From Monocercomonoides exilis PA203 (lineage: Eukaryota; Protista; Preaxostyla), in NCBI GenBank assembly GCA_001643675.2, contig LSRY02000060.1, positions 248,001-312,000 of the forward strand: 64,000 bases of DNA, in the 5' to 3' direction. Every line of letters starts with the position of its first letter. Position 1 is the first letter of the stretch. Made by a program: the position numbers and the translations under genes. Below the pieces are notes generated by a model. The model searched no databases and was not told the DNA's origin. It saw only the letters and a program-made list of their open reading frames with translations. Positions 23,651 to 35,770 of this stretch are shown piece after piece.

Positions 23651-26600
23651 TGATGTATCTCTCTAACTTCTTTTCATTCGCTGGCCTGTTCTTTTACCTC
23701 AATTCTGAACTGCTATGTGCTTGCAAGGGAGCACTTCACTTCTCAAAACCTGCTCTTCGTGATCGCACATCATACTGATTTTTTCTCTTCCACATCATCC
23801 TTTCCTCTTTCAACGCTCCCTCGTCCGAGCTTGTGTTAGATGATTGCTCCGACAGCTCGGTAGAACATCTTATCGCTATTGATCTCGTAATTGCTGTTAA
23901 AGAAATATTCCTTCATTCTTTTATCCAAATCGATCAGAAAGCTCCTTTATTTTGATGCGCTTTATCTTTACTATCATTTTTCTCGGCTAGCTCTGTAGAA
24001 GCATGTTTGTTGGCCACTTTCAACTCACCAACGACGTCCTCTCCATTCTGAATTACCCCTCTACGCTCCGCAATCTTATCTGCTCCAACTCCTGTGTTCT
24101 AAACATCGCCTCACTCAATGGAGGACGCTGTATGCCACCTGATACATCCTTGTTACTCCTCAAAAGCGGATATGCTCTCTTCTGCGTTGCTTCTCAACAC
24201 CCTCCCCCACTCTTTGTTGCTGTTCTCCAAGGCACTCATGAAAAAGAAGCATCATACAAAATGATTCAGATATTCAACAAACTCTTCTTGCTTCGTTGTC
24301 GCTTCCTGTTCTGGTCCGTTATCGTCTTTTGTTCCAACTTCTCCCCCTTTCCATTTAACTTTTACATTTTTTCAAATCTCTTAATTATTTTCAATCCGAC
24401 TTCCATTCATCATTTTTTGCCAATACATGCTCTTCTTTCTCTTAATCTTCATTCTCTTCATCATCTCGTCAATCTTCTTCTCATTTTCAACTGTTTTTTT
24501 TTTCTTCAGAAATACCCTTCTTCTTTCTTTCTGTAATCATCCCATATAAAGATGAAGAAAAAAAAAGAAGAAATCCAATCAAATGAAATATGTGCTGACA
24601 ATGATAAAGCAATGTGATATGATGTTTAAGTGCATGAAAAAGAAGAGGAAGAAGCGAGAGAAGAATGAGAAGAAAAAGAAAAAGAAGAAAAAGAAGAGGA
24701 AGAAGAAGAAGATTATAAAGATTATGAAGAAGAAGAAACAGAAGAGGAGGAAGAGGAGGAGGACGACGAAGAACACGATGACGAAGAAAATTGGTGGCAG
24801 TCAAAGGAGGGTTTGTAATGAAAGTGATCGAAGTTGCATTTGAACACGTTTCAGTTGCAGCTTCTTTCTCCACATCCGTAGAAGAGGTTGCAAAAGAGCG
24901 AGATATTTGGACATAGCAACATTCAGTTGCATCACAATCAACTGGCAGTGATGAAGATTAGAAGGAAGATGATATAAAAGAAGATGCAAATTCTTGGTGC
25001 TCAGTTCTTTCAGCAGCCGCTCCTTCAAATTGTTCAGATTGATATGAATTAGTCCATTCATTCAGCGCTTTTTTGAACGATTTTGGTGCTTGCATGCTTG
25101 TGGCATCCTTCTCAGTATCTTCTTCTTCACTCTCTCTTTCACTCTTTCTTCATCTAAGTCTCCTTTTCTAACTTTTTCAAGTTCTTTGTTACTTCCGTTT
25201 TTTAATTTCTTTTTTTCCCCACTTTCATCTGCCTTGATTGCAATTCACCACTATCTTTCTCATCTCCTCGATCTCCTTTATCTTCTAAATCATCATTTTC
25301 CCTCTTCATTTACTTCTCTTTCTGTTTCTTTCGAACTGTTCACTCAACAAAATGAATCAGAATTCCCGTGATTGTTAATAAATAAGGTTCATCTTTCCCT
25401 TTTGCCTCTGGTTCAACAGAACTCCCAATCTGATAACCAGCACTTCTTCTGTGTGGATGAATACAAACAGAATAAGTACAAAGCAAACCTAGTGGAAACG
25501 CAGAAAAATAAACAAAAGAAAAGAAGAATGGGAAAGCTGCTGCTTATTCCGTGCCTGTGAATGCTTCCAGAGTTGAAGCGGCGAACAGCAGAAGATAAAA
25601 AAATGAATTTCTGGAGGCTGAGCAAAGCCGCCTTTCCTGCTGAGCACTATCTGAAAGTTGCTGAATTCTTCTGATTGAGTCGCCGAATTAAGTTTATTGT
25701 TATCGCTCAAGTTGCCAAGCTGACTCATCCCATTCGTTTCTCCATCGCATTTAACTTTTGAAATAAAATTATCAAAAGAAGAAGCTATTCCTTTTTCATC
25801 CTTCATCTTCTCCTTTTTCTCATCTTCTTCTTTGCTTTCATCTGATAACATTTCTTTAGAATCATCTTCCATCAATTGTTGATGTATTCTCCTTATCGAA
25901 GAAACAGCTCTTCCAAAAATGTTTATGCTGTGATAGAATCGTTTGGAATGACTGCTGAATGAAGAGAGAAGATGCGCCCAGTCATTTTTGGTGACATATG
26001 TGTGCGGAGAACAAGCTGTGGAGATTATTTGGCTGGATGAAGAAGAAGAAGAAGAAGGAGGAGGAGGAGGAGGAAGAAGAAGAGGAGGAGGAAGAAGAAG
26101 AGGAGGAGGAGGAGAAGGAAGAGGAAGAAGAAGGAAAAGACAAAATTTTTGTCAGGATCGTCGAAACTTGCGAGTGATGATGATGCTGAAGTACATCTTT
26201 TGTTGTCAACATTATGAATAAAAGGCGCTCTCTGCTCTTTCTTCGTTCTCATCCCTGGTGCTCCCTTTGGAGTTCGATAAGTCAGTCCTTTTTCTGTTTT
26301 TCCTTCATTTTCCTCCTCTCTATCTCCTTCTTCTCCGTCTCTTCCTCTTCCTCTCCATACGGACCATATCCAATCTGCGAAGCACATTCCACAAAGTTGC
26401 CTATTGTAAATTCACTTGGCTGCGTTATCAGTAAATGTCGCACTTGATTCGTTCTGAAGATGCAGGTTGAGCCAAAATCCATTCGAACATCTCGTTCTGC
26501 TGACGCCGCACATGTTAAGGACAATCTGAATCATCTGAAAAGTCGTTTGCTTCGTCGTTTTCGTCGTATTTTTCATCTTCGCTCGCTTCGTAGAAGGAGC

Positions 26601-27464
26601 CTGAAAAAGCAAATCGATGGTGAGAATAAATTTGTGGAGAAGAAGAGAAAGATAATGATGGTGTATTCCGATGATTTCTTGTATCTATGTCCTGCGCTCG
26701 TGACGAATTCTGTTTGTGTTCCTTTTACTTTGCCTTCTTTTCGGTATTTTGTTCTCATTCATCATTAAGCCTATTTTCCACAGTGTCTTTGATCACCTAC
26801 TCTCGAAAATAGTTATATTCGCTCCAGTCTAATTCTTCTTTTTGCAGCTTGCTTAATTCGTCCTTTTCATCTTTCAATCTCTTCCGTTTTGCTATTTCTT
26901 CGTATCTTCGCTTTTTGTGTTCTGAATCACTCATTACTCCTTCTTCCTCTTAATATTTATCTCATCTTCCTCTATCTTCCTCCTCTTCCTCTCCATTTCC
27001 ATCTCCCTCTTTTCTTCTCTTTCTCTTTCTCGCTCTTCTCATCTGTTTCCCTGCCATTTCTCTTCACTGCTGCTTGTTCTGAAAGATGCCGTGCTTTCCC
27101 ACTGCCACATTGCCCTCAAACACGCAAACAACAGCTCCGCTCACGAAACATTCAGTGGAAAAACGAGAAGTCGAATCGAAGCTCATCTCCGGTTCCGTCT
27201 TCATCTCGCTCATCGCTTCTGACCGAGAGTCGGTGGTAGATTTGGAAGAAGAAGAAGAGGATGAGGAAGAGGAAGAGGAAGATAAGGAAGAAGGAGAAGG
27301 CATGTGATGTGGTTTTGCCTCGTTTGTTGAAAAAGGAGAAGTGCATTTTTGAGGTTATTGAAGATCGAGAATTTTGAAGATGAATGCATATTATTATCAA
27401 CTAAGAAATTCAACAAAATTCTCTTCTTCAGGATTTTGTCTTCTTCAGCCGAAAAGAAACCTCA

Positions 27465-28773
27465 GAATCCTTTTCACTTTCAGCTCAATCATCCCCCCTC
27501 TCCAACAAAAAAGTGAAATATTGAGCGATCTCTTTTTCATTCCATTTCTTTCGATTTTTCACTTCCCCTTTTTTCACAAAAAATCATCTTTCCTCGAAAC
27601 TAATTCTTTGCCAAAGCCCAATGCTGGGAATCTTCGAAATATCTTGAATTTCATCTGTCTGTCTTTATTTTTTCCCCCAAACTTTTCTTTTTCTTCTTCA
27701 AAGCCATCCAATCCTTCGTTCTTTTAGCATTCTTAAAACAAAATAATAATCACTTCAAAAAAACAACAACAACAAACCTTCCAAACTTTTTTATTGGCAA
27801 TATCTATATTTTATTCAGTTGGTATCTGTTTTCCTCCAATAAAAATTCATTATTCCTTCCTTTTTCGAATGTTTCATCATCTGATTCCCCAACCGTATTT
27901 TCCATCAGTTGTTTCTCCATCAAGTGCATCGATTTCTTGCTCTTCTGAAAAATGTGAAATTTATGCATTTTGCTCAATTCCACCCTCATCATTGAAAAAT
28001 ATCCTGTTTTTCCGTCTGAAAATATAACTCCAATTCCCTTCCCAATCCCTTAACCCTGTGCACTTTTCGTATGAATTCGCTCTCCCAACTCGATGGTCAG
28101 CCTGCACAATGAGATATCCCGCTTTCATTCGTTTTCATTCTTTTTGACCTGCTGCCCCTAAAACAACACAAAAAACATCAACAGGCTAATATTCATATAT
28201 GGAAAAATAAATAAATATAGAACTTCCTTCTCTGCCTTTTTATTAGCAATTATTCTTTTCCTCATCAATCATACAAATATTTTCACTTAAAACAAAGAAA
28301 GAACACGTGTTGATTTCCTAGAAGAAAGATTTGTTTTAAAGCATGTGTTTTCCTCATAAGTTAACAAAAAAACAAACCTCGATACAACGTCAATGTGGAG
28401 AAAAATTGTTGAAAGAACATTTTGAAATAAAGTTATGGAATTTTTTTCTAATTGAAAAGAGTGCAAAACACACATTTTTTTAATCATTTTTAATGAATAT
28501 TGTTGTTTTAATAGTTATGAAATGTATGAACGCAAATAGAAAATACACATTTTCTCGTTCTTAAAAGAACAAAAAAGAAAAAATTTTCACAGATTTTTGA
28601 TCTGAAAATTTGAGATACATTTTTCGAAAAAGAGGTCACACCTTGGCACCCCTTTTTTTGATATATTTCACACACCTTCATAACAACAAATCGATTCGTG
28701 CAAAAAAAATGCCACCCAAGGTGTGACCCTCGTGGGATACCTTAAAAATATTTTTTCCTATTGATCATATCCA
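27465..28773 (+). repeat. 1309-bp inverted repeat, left arm
   Basis: Reverse complement of 34462-35770. The ORF track gives identical mirrored translations (27794/35208, 27804/35243, 28287/34748). Confidence 0.95.
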
Positions 28774-29558
28774 AAATTTTTTTATTTTATTCAATTATGT
28801 GAATATTATATTTTGAAAAGATTATTTTTCATTCATTGTTTGCACAAAAATTTTAACATTCTGACATTTATTTGTGAGATATTTAGTTGTTCGTCCACTT
28901 TTGTTGAAAGAAATTTTAAATTTTGACATTAATTCGTGAATGTTTTGAAAATGAATTATTATAATTCACTTGATTGAATCAACATAAAAAGAAAAGAATA
29001 AATTATCTTGAGTAGGTTTCCAAAAGTTGAAAAATTGAACAAAAAATGTTTCATCATTATTGTGCAAATAAAAAAATTCCACATTTGATTTTGAACAAAT
29101 AAATCGAAAAAACATATCATTTCTTCAAGGTTGTATTTGTGAAAAAAAAATATTTATATCTGTTATCAAAAATATTTTTATTAGTCATCCAAACAGATAT
29201 CTTCAATTTTTTCCTTTGAATGAAAATGAAAAATATCAAAAAGTTTTTCAAAGTGTTCATCTCTCGTTAATTTTTTTTCTTGAAAAATAATCTTTCATTT
29301 TGGAATCAAACAACACAATTTTTATTGAAAAAAAGAAGGAATAATTATAATATTTTGTGAATTATCAACTTTTTTGAAGTTATTTTCTTTTAATTTTGTG
29401 ACTTTATTTGTGAGCTTTTTGGATTACTGAATGTCTTTTGACAAAATTATTATTGGAGAAAGTGAATAAATAATTTTAAAAAATGGAGGATGACTAAGGA
29501 ATAAAAAGGTTTTTTTTTCACATAAAAAATTCCATTATAAATTAAATTATTCGCAAAA

Positions 29559-32500
29559 ATGTCTTTTTCGAAACCTCAATCAACTCTTAATTCACGATCG
29601 AAAATTCTTTGGAAAGAAATTGAACGCATCGGTGGAGATGACGTGGATGCATTGCTTGTCTATCTGTTTTACAACTATAGGCAATCATCTTCAGTAATTG
29701 ATGATTTACTGAAGTCTTTGAATGGTTTGGTTTTATATTTTTTTGAATTGTGTTGAAAATATTATTTTCACTCTCTGTTATTTTTTTCTTTTTGATTTGT
29801 TAATTATTTATTTTTTTTTAAAACAGAATATCACACAAAGCTACTGGTAGACCTGTCTGTGGTGTACAACAACGCTCCGTTGCACACTCAGACAACAATG
29901 CTACGGGCGCTGTCTCGAAACACATCATTATCCGATTTACAAGACTATGGATATGATGTCACAGAAGGCAAATACATTTATGCAAAACAAACTTTAAAGA
30001 AGAACCAAGGATTTATTGTCCAGCCTCAAAAACCACATCTCCCGTCTTGCAAAAGTGGTTTGTTTTTATCAAATATTTTTTTTTATTTATTTTCATTGTT
30101 TTCTAAGGATTAAACGAACAGGACTGGGAAAAGGGCAACAACTGGATGTTAGCCCATTCCACTGAAGCCTCAACTTCTCTTCAATCAGCAAAGAAAAAGC
30201 AGCGAGCTGAACCAGATTACGCCAGATTTATTGACGAAGCAGCTTGGGATGAAGAAATTATTACAGAAAATTCTTCTACAAATAAAAAACAATCTTCTTC
30301 TTCTTCAACATCATCTCAACTCAATAAAAATTCAAATTCCATTTCAGAAAAAAATTCTTTTTCAACAAATTCTTCTCCGTCTCAAGCTGTTGAAGCCCCA
30401 ATCAGTACTCCAATAATGAGAGAAAGGTGTTCAACAAAAAGAAAAACTAATAAATCACATCAAAAACGTGACTTGTCTCCTTCACCCATTCCAATTCACA
30501 AATTCTTCAAAACAAAACAATCGTCATCCACTTCCTCATCTTCCTCATCTTCCTCTTCTTCCTCTTCTTCCAAAAATCAACAAAAAGCAACTGAAGATAC
30601 TTCACCACTCGAAAAATCTTCAACTTCTTTTCGCAACGATAATGTGTGGGTGAGTGATCAATTAGTTGAATATGCCACTTCACACACATTAATTCCACAT
30701 CAATCATTTCATAATCTCTTTTCTTCATTTACAAAAAAGAATGACACTTCAACAATTCAACAACAAAACATTCAATCTTCAAATAATGAAATATTTCCAC
30801 AAAAATATTCACTAAATAATTTTTCAAAAAAGAATGTTAAAAAAATTCAATTAAAAATCATTCTCATACTCAATCTTTTTCAAATTCAAAAAATTCTACA
30901 AATAAATTATCACAAATAGCAAAAGGATTACCGAATTTGGGTGACACTTGCTATTTTGCTTCTCTTCTTCAATGCTTCTCTTCTGTAATGTCACAAAAAC
31001 CATCTTTAAACAGAAAACCATCAACAACAAAGAGCATATCTTCTCGTGTTTAAAGTGTATGCAATCAACTATCCAAAGATGGAATTGAAGTTCGTTCGTG
31101 GGTCTCATCGCTAATCAACAAATGGGAAGAATATTGCAACTATGGCTGCAGGCAGCAACAGAATGTGATAGAAGCATTCGAAAATCTTCATCAACTTCTT
31201 CAAAAAAATGAGTTGATAAATAAGGACACATTCAACCCTGTTTTAATCACTCATTTTAAATGCCAAAAATGCCAAAAAATTACATCACGTTTCAACGAAG
31301 TTTTCAACAGTGTCGTAATCAATTCTTCTTCTCCTCACAACGGCCTATCATCTCTTTTTGCAACTGAAGTTTTAATTGGAAAGAACACCGTTTATTGCAA
31401 CGAGTGCAAAGAGAAATGCTGTGCTGCTCGATGGGAGGAAATGGCTGCATTTCCAGAGGTGCTGGCCCTCTGTCACGAATGCACTGACTCTGCTAGCTCT
31501 GCTCCTTCACGAACTCTTCTGATTGAAACTGATCGTGTTCACCAGCGATCGTTTATCAAAGGGTTTTCAACAGAAAACGTTCAACATACGCAAAAGAACA
31601 ATAAGGAAATCATCATATATCATCTCGTTGGGCAAATTCTTTTCAAGCGTTTGGATCTACAGAATGGACATTACATCGCTGTGATCAAAAGAAAGAGCGT
31701 TAACAACTGCATATGGAATATCTGTAACGACGCTGATGTGACAGAATTGAACATCGAAAATTGGACAAAGGCATGGAAGGATCTTTATGCTCAAGGTTTC
31801 ACTCCGTCACTTTCATTCTATATCAAAGAAAAAGCCAAACCAACTTTTTCATCAATTCAATTTGGTGGTTCTTCTTCTTCAGAAACATCAAATTTGAACA
31901 ATTTAAATCACATATCAACAACAACAGCAGCACTAACTTCGACAACAACAACAGCAACTTCATCATCATCATCATCATCATCATCATCGTTTATCACACC
32001 ACTACATCAAACTTCTTCCATTCCACAACTGTCATCATCAATAACAACTAACTATGGATTGGAAAAACTTAAAGAAAGAAGAAAGAAAACGGGCATCTTT
32101 TCTCCCAACGAGAAAAGAGTGATCTTCAAGCCCAAGACTAAATTGTGGAAAGAGTTTTCAGAAGAAACAAATATTAAAGTTTCTCTTTCCCATTTCTACA
32201 AACTCACCACCAACTTCTCTAAAGCTAAAAGGCGCACAGATCTCTGTGGCATGTGTGAGAAGTTGGACTATTTGGAAAACAAATTGATATCATCTCAAAA
32301 CAAAAATGGACTTTCTTCTGCAGAGTTTCAAACACTCAAACTTCTTCGACAACATCGACTTGTTGCAGAAATGCAACGAAAACATTATCAATCAACTGTT
32401 AACAATCTCAAAGAGGGAGAAGCAGTCTTCGTCTTCGACTTCAAAGAGAAGTGGAAACTGCCAATCCGAAAGAACCAACTTCAACAAGAATTCTTTAATT

Positions 32501-33355
32501 ATCAACAGGTTTCTCAATTCACAATCATCTCCCTTCAAAAAATAAACAATCAACTAATTAAAAGAACTTTCAACTTCTTCTCTGACTGCCTCTCAAATGA
32601 TCACAGATTTGTTATTGAGTGTCTGGAATCTGTGATCAAAAGACACTTCTTCTCAGACACTCACACTTTTAAGTTCTTCTGCGATTCTGGTCCACACAAC
32701 CGAAATCGCTTCCTTCTTCACTTCATCCTCTCCAAACAATCGAAACTCCTAAAAAAAGAAAAATTCTCAACTCAACTTCTTCGCTGAGCATCATGGAAAA
32801 AATATATGTGATAGTGAATTTGGTGCACTTGTGAACACAATCAACAACAATCTTTCGACTGAACACATCACCACAATTCATGACTTGATCGACTTCTTCG
32901 AAAACAACATGAACACATCGACATCTGCTTCTTCGACATCACAACAAGACATTTTTGAATCATCCTCAACTAATTCTTCTCTATCAACATCATCTGTCAA
33001 TGAATCTGTTCATGAGAGGTACTTTGAAGAGTACGTACCATCTCAGCAAATTTCATGGCCATCGCTGTCAATCCCTCACACAAAGGACTACTTGTATTTT
33101 GAGCGCAAGGGCTCACTTGTCTGCGCATCTGCTGTTGGATATCTTCCTCAACGCTCTCTGGTTGCCCTCGAATCTTCGACAATGAAAGAAAAAGTGCAAC
33201 GAACAAGGAAGTCATTTCACTCTGATATCACATCATCTAACTCTTCTCTTCTTTCTCAATCTTCTCAAGATCTTCTTTCAAGAAGATTTGATCTTCTTCT
33301 TGACTCTTCATCTTTGAATGAATCTCAAAATTGTATTAATGGTGTCCCCTATTAA
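29559..33355 (+). pseudogene. Sola2-like DDD transposase with an inserted USP (peptidase C19) domain; 2 introns, 2 poly-A frameshifts, 1 stop
   Basis: Introns 29725-29826 and 30058-30107 splice in frame. USP boxes: GLPNLGDTCYFASLLQC, QQQN, two CxxC, NGHYIA, WNICNDADV. Transposase: TDLCGMC, FDFKE, FFSDCLSND, FCDSGPHNRN, FFAEHHGKNICDSEFG. Frameshifts at ~30840 and ~32755, TAA at 31051. Confidence 0.85.
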
Positions 33356-33357
33356 GA

Positions 33358-33495
33358 AACTAGTTGTTGTGCATGCTTAGCTAGCACCCTATCGGAATGG
33401 TGCTGGACATGACTGTTCGTTTCAGATATTGCAGCCTTCGGGCTGCTTTATCCGGACCTGGATACAACGAACAGCCTCCCAGGTGCACAATAGTT
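33358..33495 (+). ncRNA. Candidate structured RNA directly 3' of the transposase stop codon
   Basis: Five nested stems including GCAGCC-TTCG-GGCTGC; a GC-rich island in AT-rich DNA. Confidence 0.55.
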
Positions 33496-34461
33496 AGAAT
33501 CCGATTGTTTTCTTGTGCTTTTTGTCCCTATATTGTCCCAATAATTAAATTGGTTATTTTCCCGCTTATATTTGTATTTATCAAGATTCATTAATGTAGA
33601 GAGGTGTGAGGGAATTCATTGATCTTTGAGTGAGGTTTTTGGAAGGGAGAGTTGTTGAGAGTGTGAAATGTTGTTTTATCATTGTGTCTGTCTTTTTTCT
33701 TTGTTGGATTTGATCTTTTTGAGTCAAAGAGAGAGAAATATCAGAAAGGGGTGAGTGGATGGAAAACAGAGGGAAAATAGACAAGTTAGTTTTTGAACTT
33801 GAAGTATTTGCAATCTTTTTTGTTTGGTATTGCCATTGATTCCATGAATCAGCTGTTTTGGTGCAACCTTTTCTTTTTCCTTTCATTGTTCAGAATATTT
33901 GGTAATTTGATAATGATGAGTGAGAATTTCGAGAGAATGAAATTGAAAATGAATTAGTTAGTGTTTGCTAGAATGAACAAGATGTTAATATTGTTTATTT
34001 TGTATATCGTTTGATGTTGCAAAAAGTTTTTTGAAATTGTTTATATTTGTTTTTTTTTTTTTTTTTTGTTTTTCAAGTGTTTCAGTTTTTTTGTTTGTTT
34101 GTTGTTGTTTCAAAGAATCAATTCATTTATTTTGAAACATATCCAACATTGTGCAAAGTGAACTGGTTTGATAACGAAAAAATTTTAATCAACAATAATA
34201 CACAACATTAATGTTCAAAATTATAAAACAAATGAATTTATAATTGTAATTTTTTAAAAAAAAAACAAGTTAAAATAATATCGATGAGAGATAATTCTTA
34301 ATTTCAATTTGTTTTTTACAAAAAAAAAATAAAAAATAAAAAAAAAATTCATGAATCTCACTAAATTAAGTGTGTAAATTACAAATACAAATATCAAATA
34401 TATTTTGTTATTCTCCAAATAATAAACATTTAAAATAATAATTTTCAAACACAAAAAAATA

Positions 34462-35770
34462 TGGATATGATCAATAGGAAAAAATATTTTTAAGGTATCC
34501 CACGAGGGTCACACCTTGGGTGGCATTTTTTTTGCACGAATCGATTTGTTGTTATGAAGGTGTGTGAAATATATCAAAAAAAGGGGTGCCAAGGTGTGAC
34601 CTCTTTTTCGAAAAATGTATCTCAAATTTTCAGATCAAAAATCTGTGAAAATTTTTTCTTTTTTGTTCTTTTAAGAACGAGAAAATGTGTATTTTCTATT
34701 TGCGTTCATACATTTCATAACTATTAAAACAACAATATTCATTAAAAATGATTAAAAAAATGTGTGTTTTGCACTCTTTTCAATTAGAAAAAAATTCCAT
34801 AACTTTATTTCAAAATGTTCTTTCAACAATTTTTCTCCACATTGACGTTGTATCGAGGTTTGTTTTTTTGTTAACTTATGAGGAAAACACATGCTTTAAA
34901 ACAAATCTTTCTTCTAGGAAATCAACACGTGTTCTTTCTTTGTTTTAAGTGAAAATATTTGTATGATTGATGAGGAAAAGAATAATTGCTAATAAAAAGG
35001 CAGAGAAGGAAGTTCTATATTTATTTATTTTTCCATATATGAATATTAGCCTGTTGATGTTTTTTGTGTTGTTTTAGGGGCAGCAGGTCAAAAAGAATGA
35101 AAACGAATGAAAGCGGGATATCTCATTGTGCAGGCTGACCATCGAGTTGGGAGAGCGAATTCATACGAAAAGTGCACAGGGTTAAGGGATTGGGAAGGGA
35201 ATTGGAGTTATATTTTCAGACGGAAAAACAGGATATTTTTCAATGATGAGGGTGGAATTGAGCAAAATGCATAAATTTCACATTTTTCAGAAGAGCAAGA
35301 AATCGATGCACTTGATGGAGAAACAACTGATGGAAAATACGGTTGGGGAATCAGATGATGAAACATTCGAAAAAGGAAGGAATAATGAATTTTTATTGGA
35401 GGAAAACAGATACCAACTGAATAAAATATAGATATTGCCAATAAAAAAGTTTGGAAGGTTTGTTGTTGTTGTTTTTTTGAAGTGATTATTATTTTGTTTT
35501 AAGAATGCTAAAAGAACGAAGGATTGGATGGCTTTGAAGAAGAAAAAGAAAAGTTTGGGGGAAAAAATAAAGACAGACAGATGAAATTCAAGATATTTCG
35601 AAGATTCCCAGCATTGGGCTTTGGCAAAGAATTAGTTTCGAGGAAAGATGATTTTTTGTGAAAAAAGGGGAAGTGAAAAATCGAAAGAAATGGAATGAAA
35701 AAGAGATCGCTCAATATTTCACTTTTTTGTTGGAGAGGGGGGATGATTGAGCTGAAAGTGAAAAGGATTC
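34462..35770 (-). repeat. 1309-bp inverted repeat, right arm
   Basis: Reverse complement of 27465-28773. Confidence 0.95.

Noticed and set aside
33358-33495. Hammerhead ribozyme, SECIS or SRP RNA identity for the structured element
   Set aside because: There is no CUGANGA core on either strand, no 3' GA partner for a SECIS quartet and no SRP helix-8 motif. Left unclassified.
33500-34460. Fanzor/TnpB gene next to the structured RNA
   Set aside because: No ORF with RuvC or zinc-ribbon motifs is visible here or elsewhere in the element.
27465-35770. Independent transposon with 1.3-kb TIRs, or a piggyBac/Kolobok element bounded by TTAA
   Set aside because: There is no TSD or sharp boundary at the outer ends. 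The TTAA sites are mirror copies inside the repeat, not a duplication.
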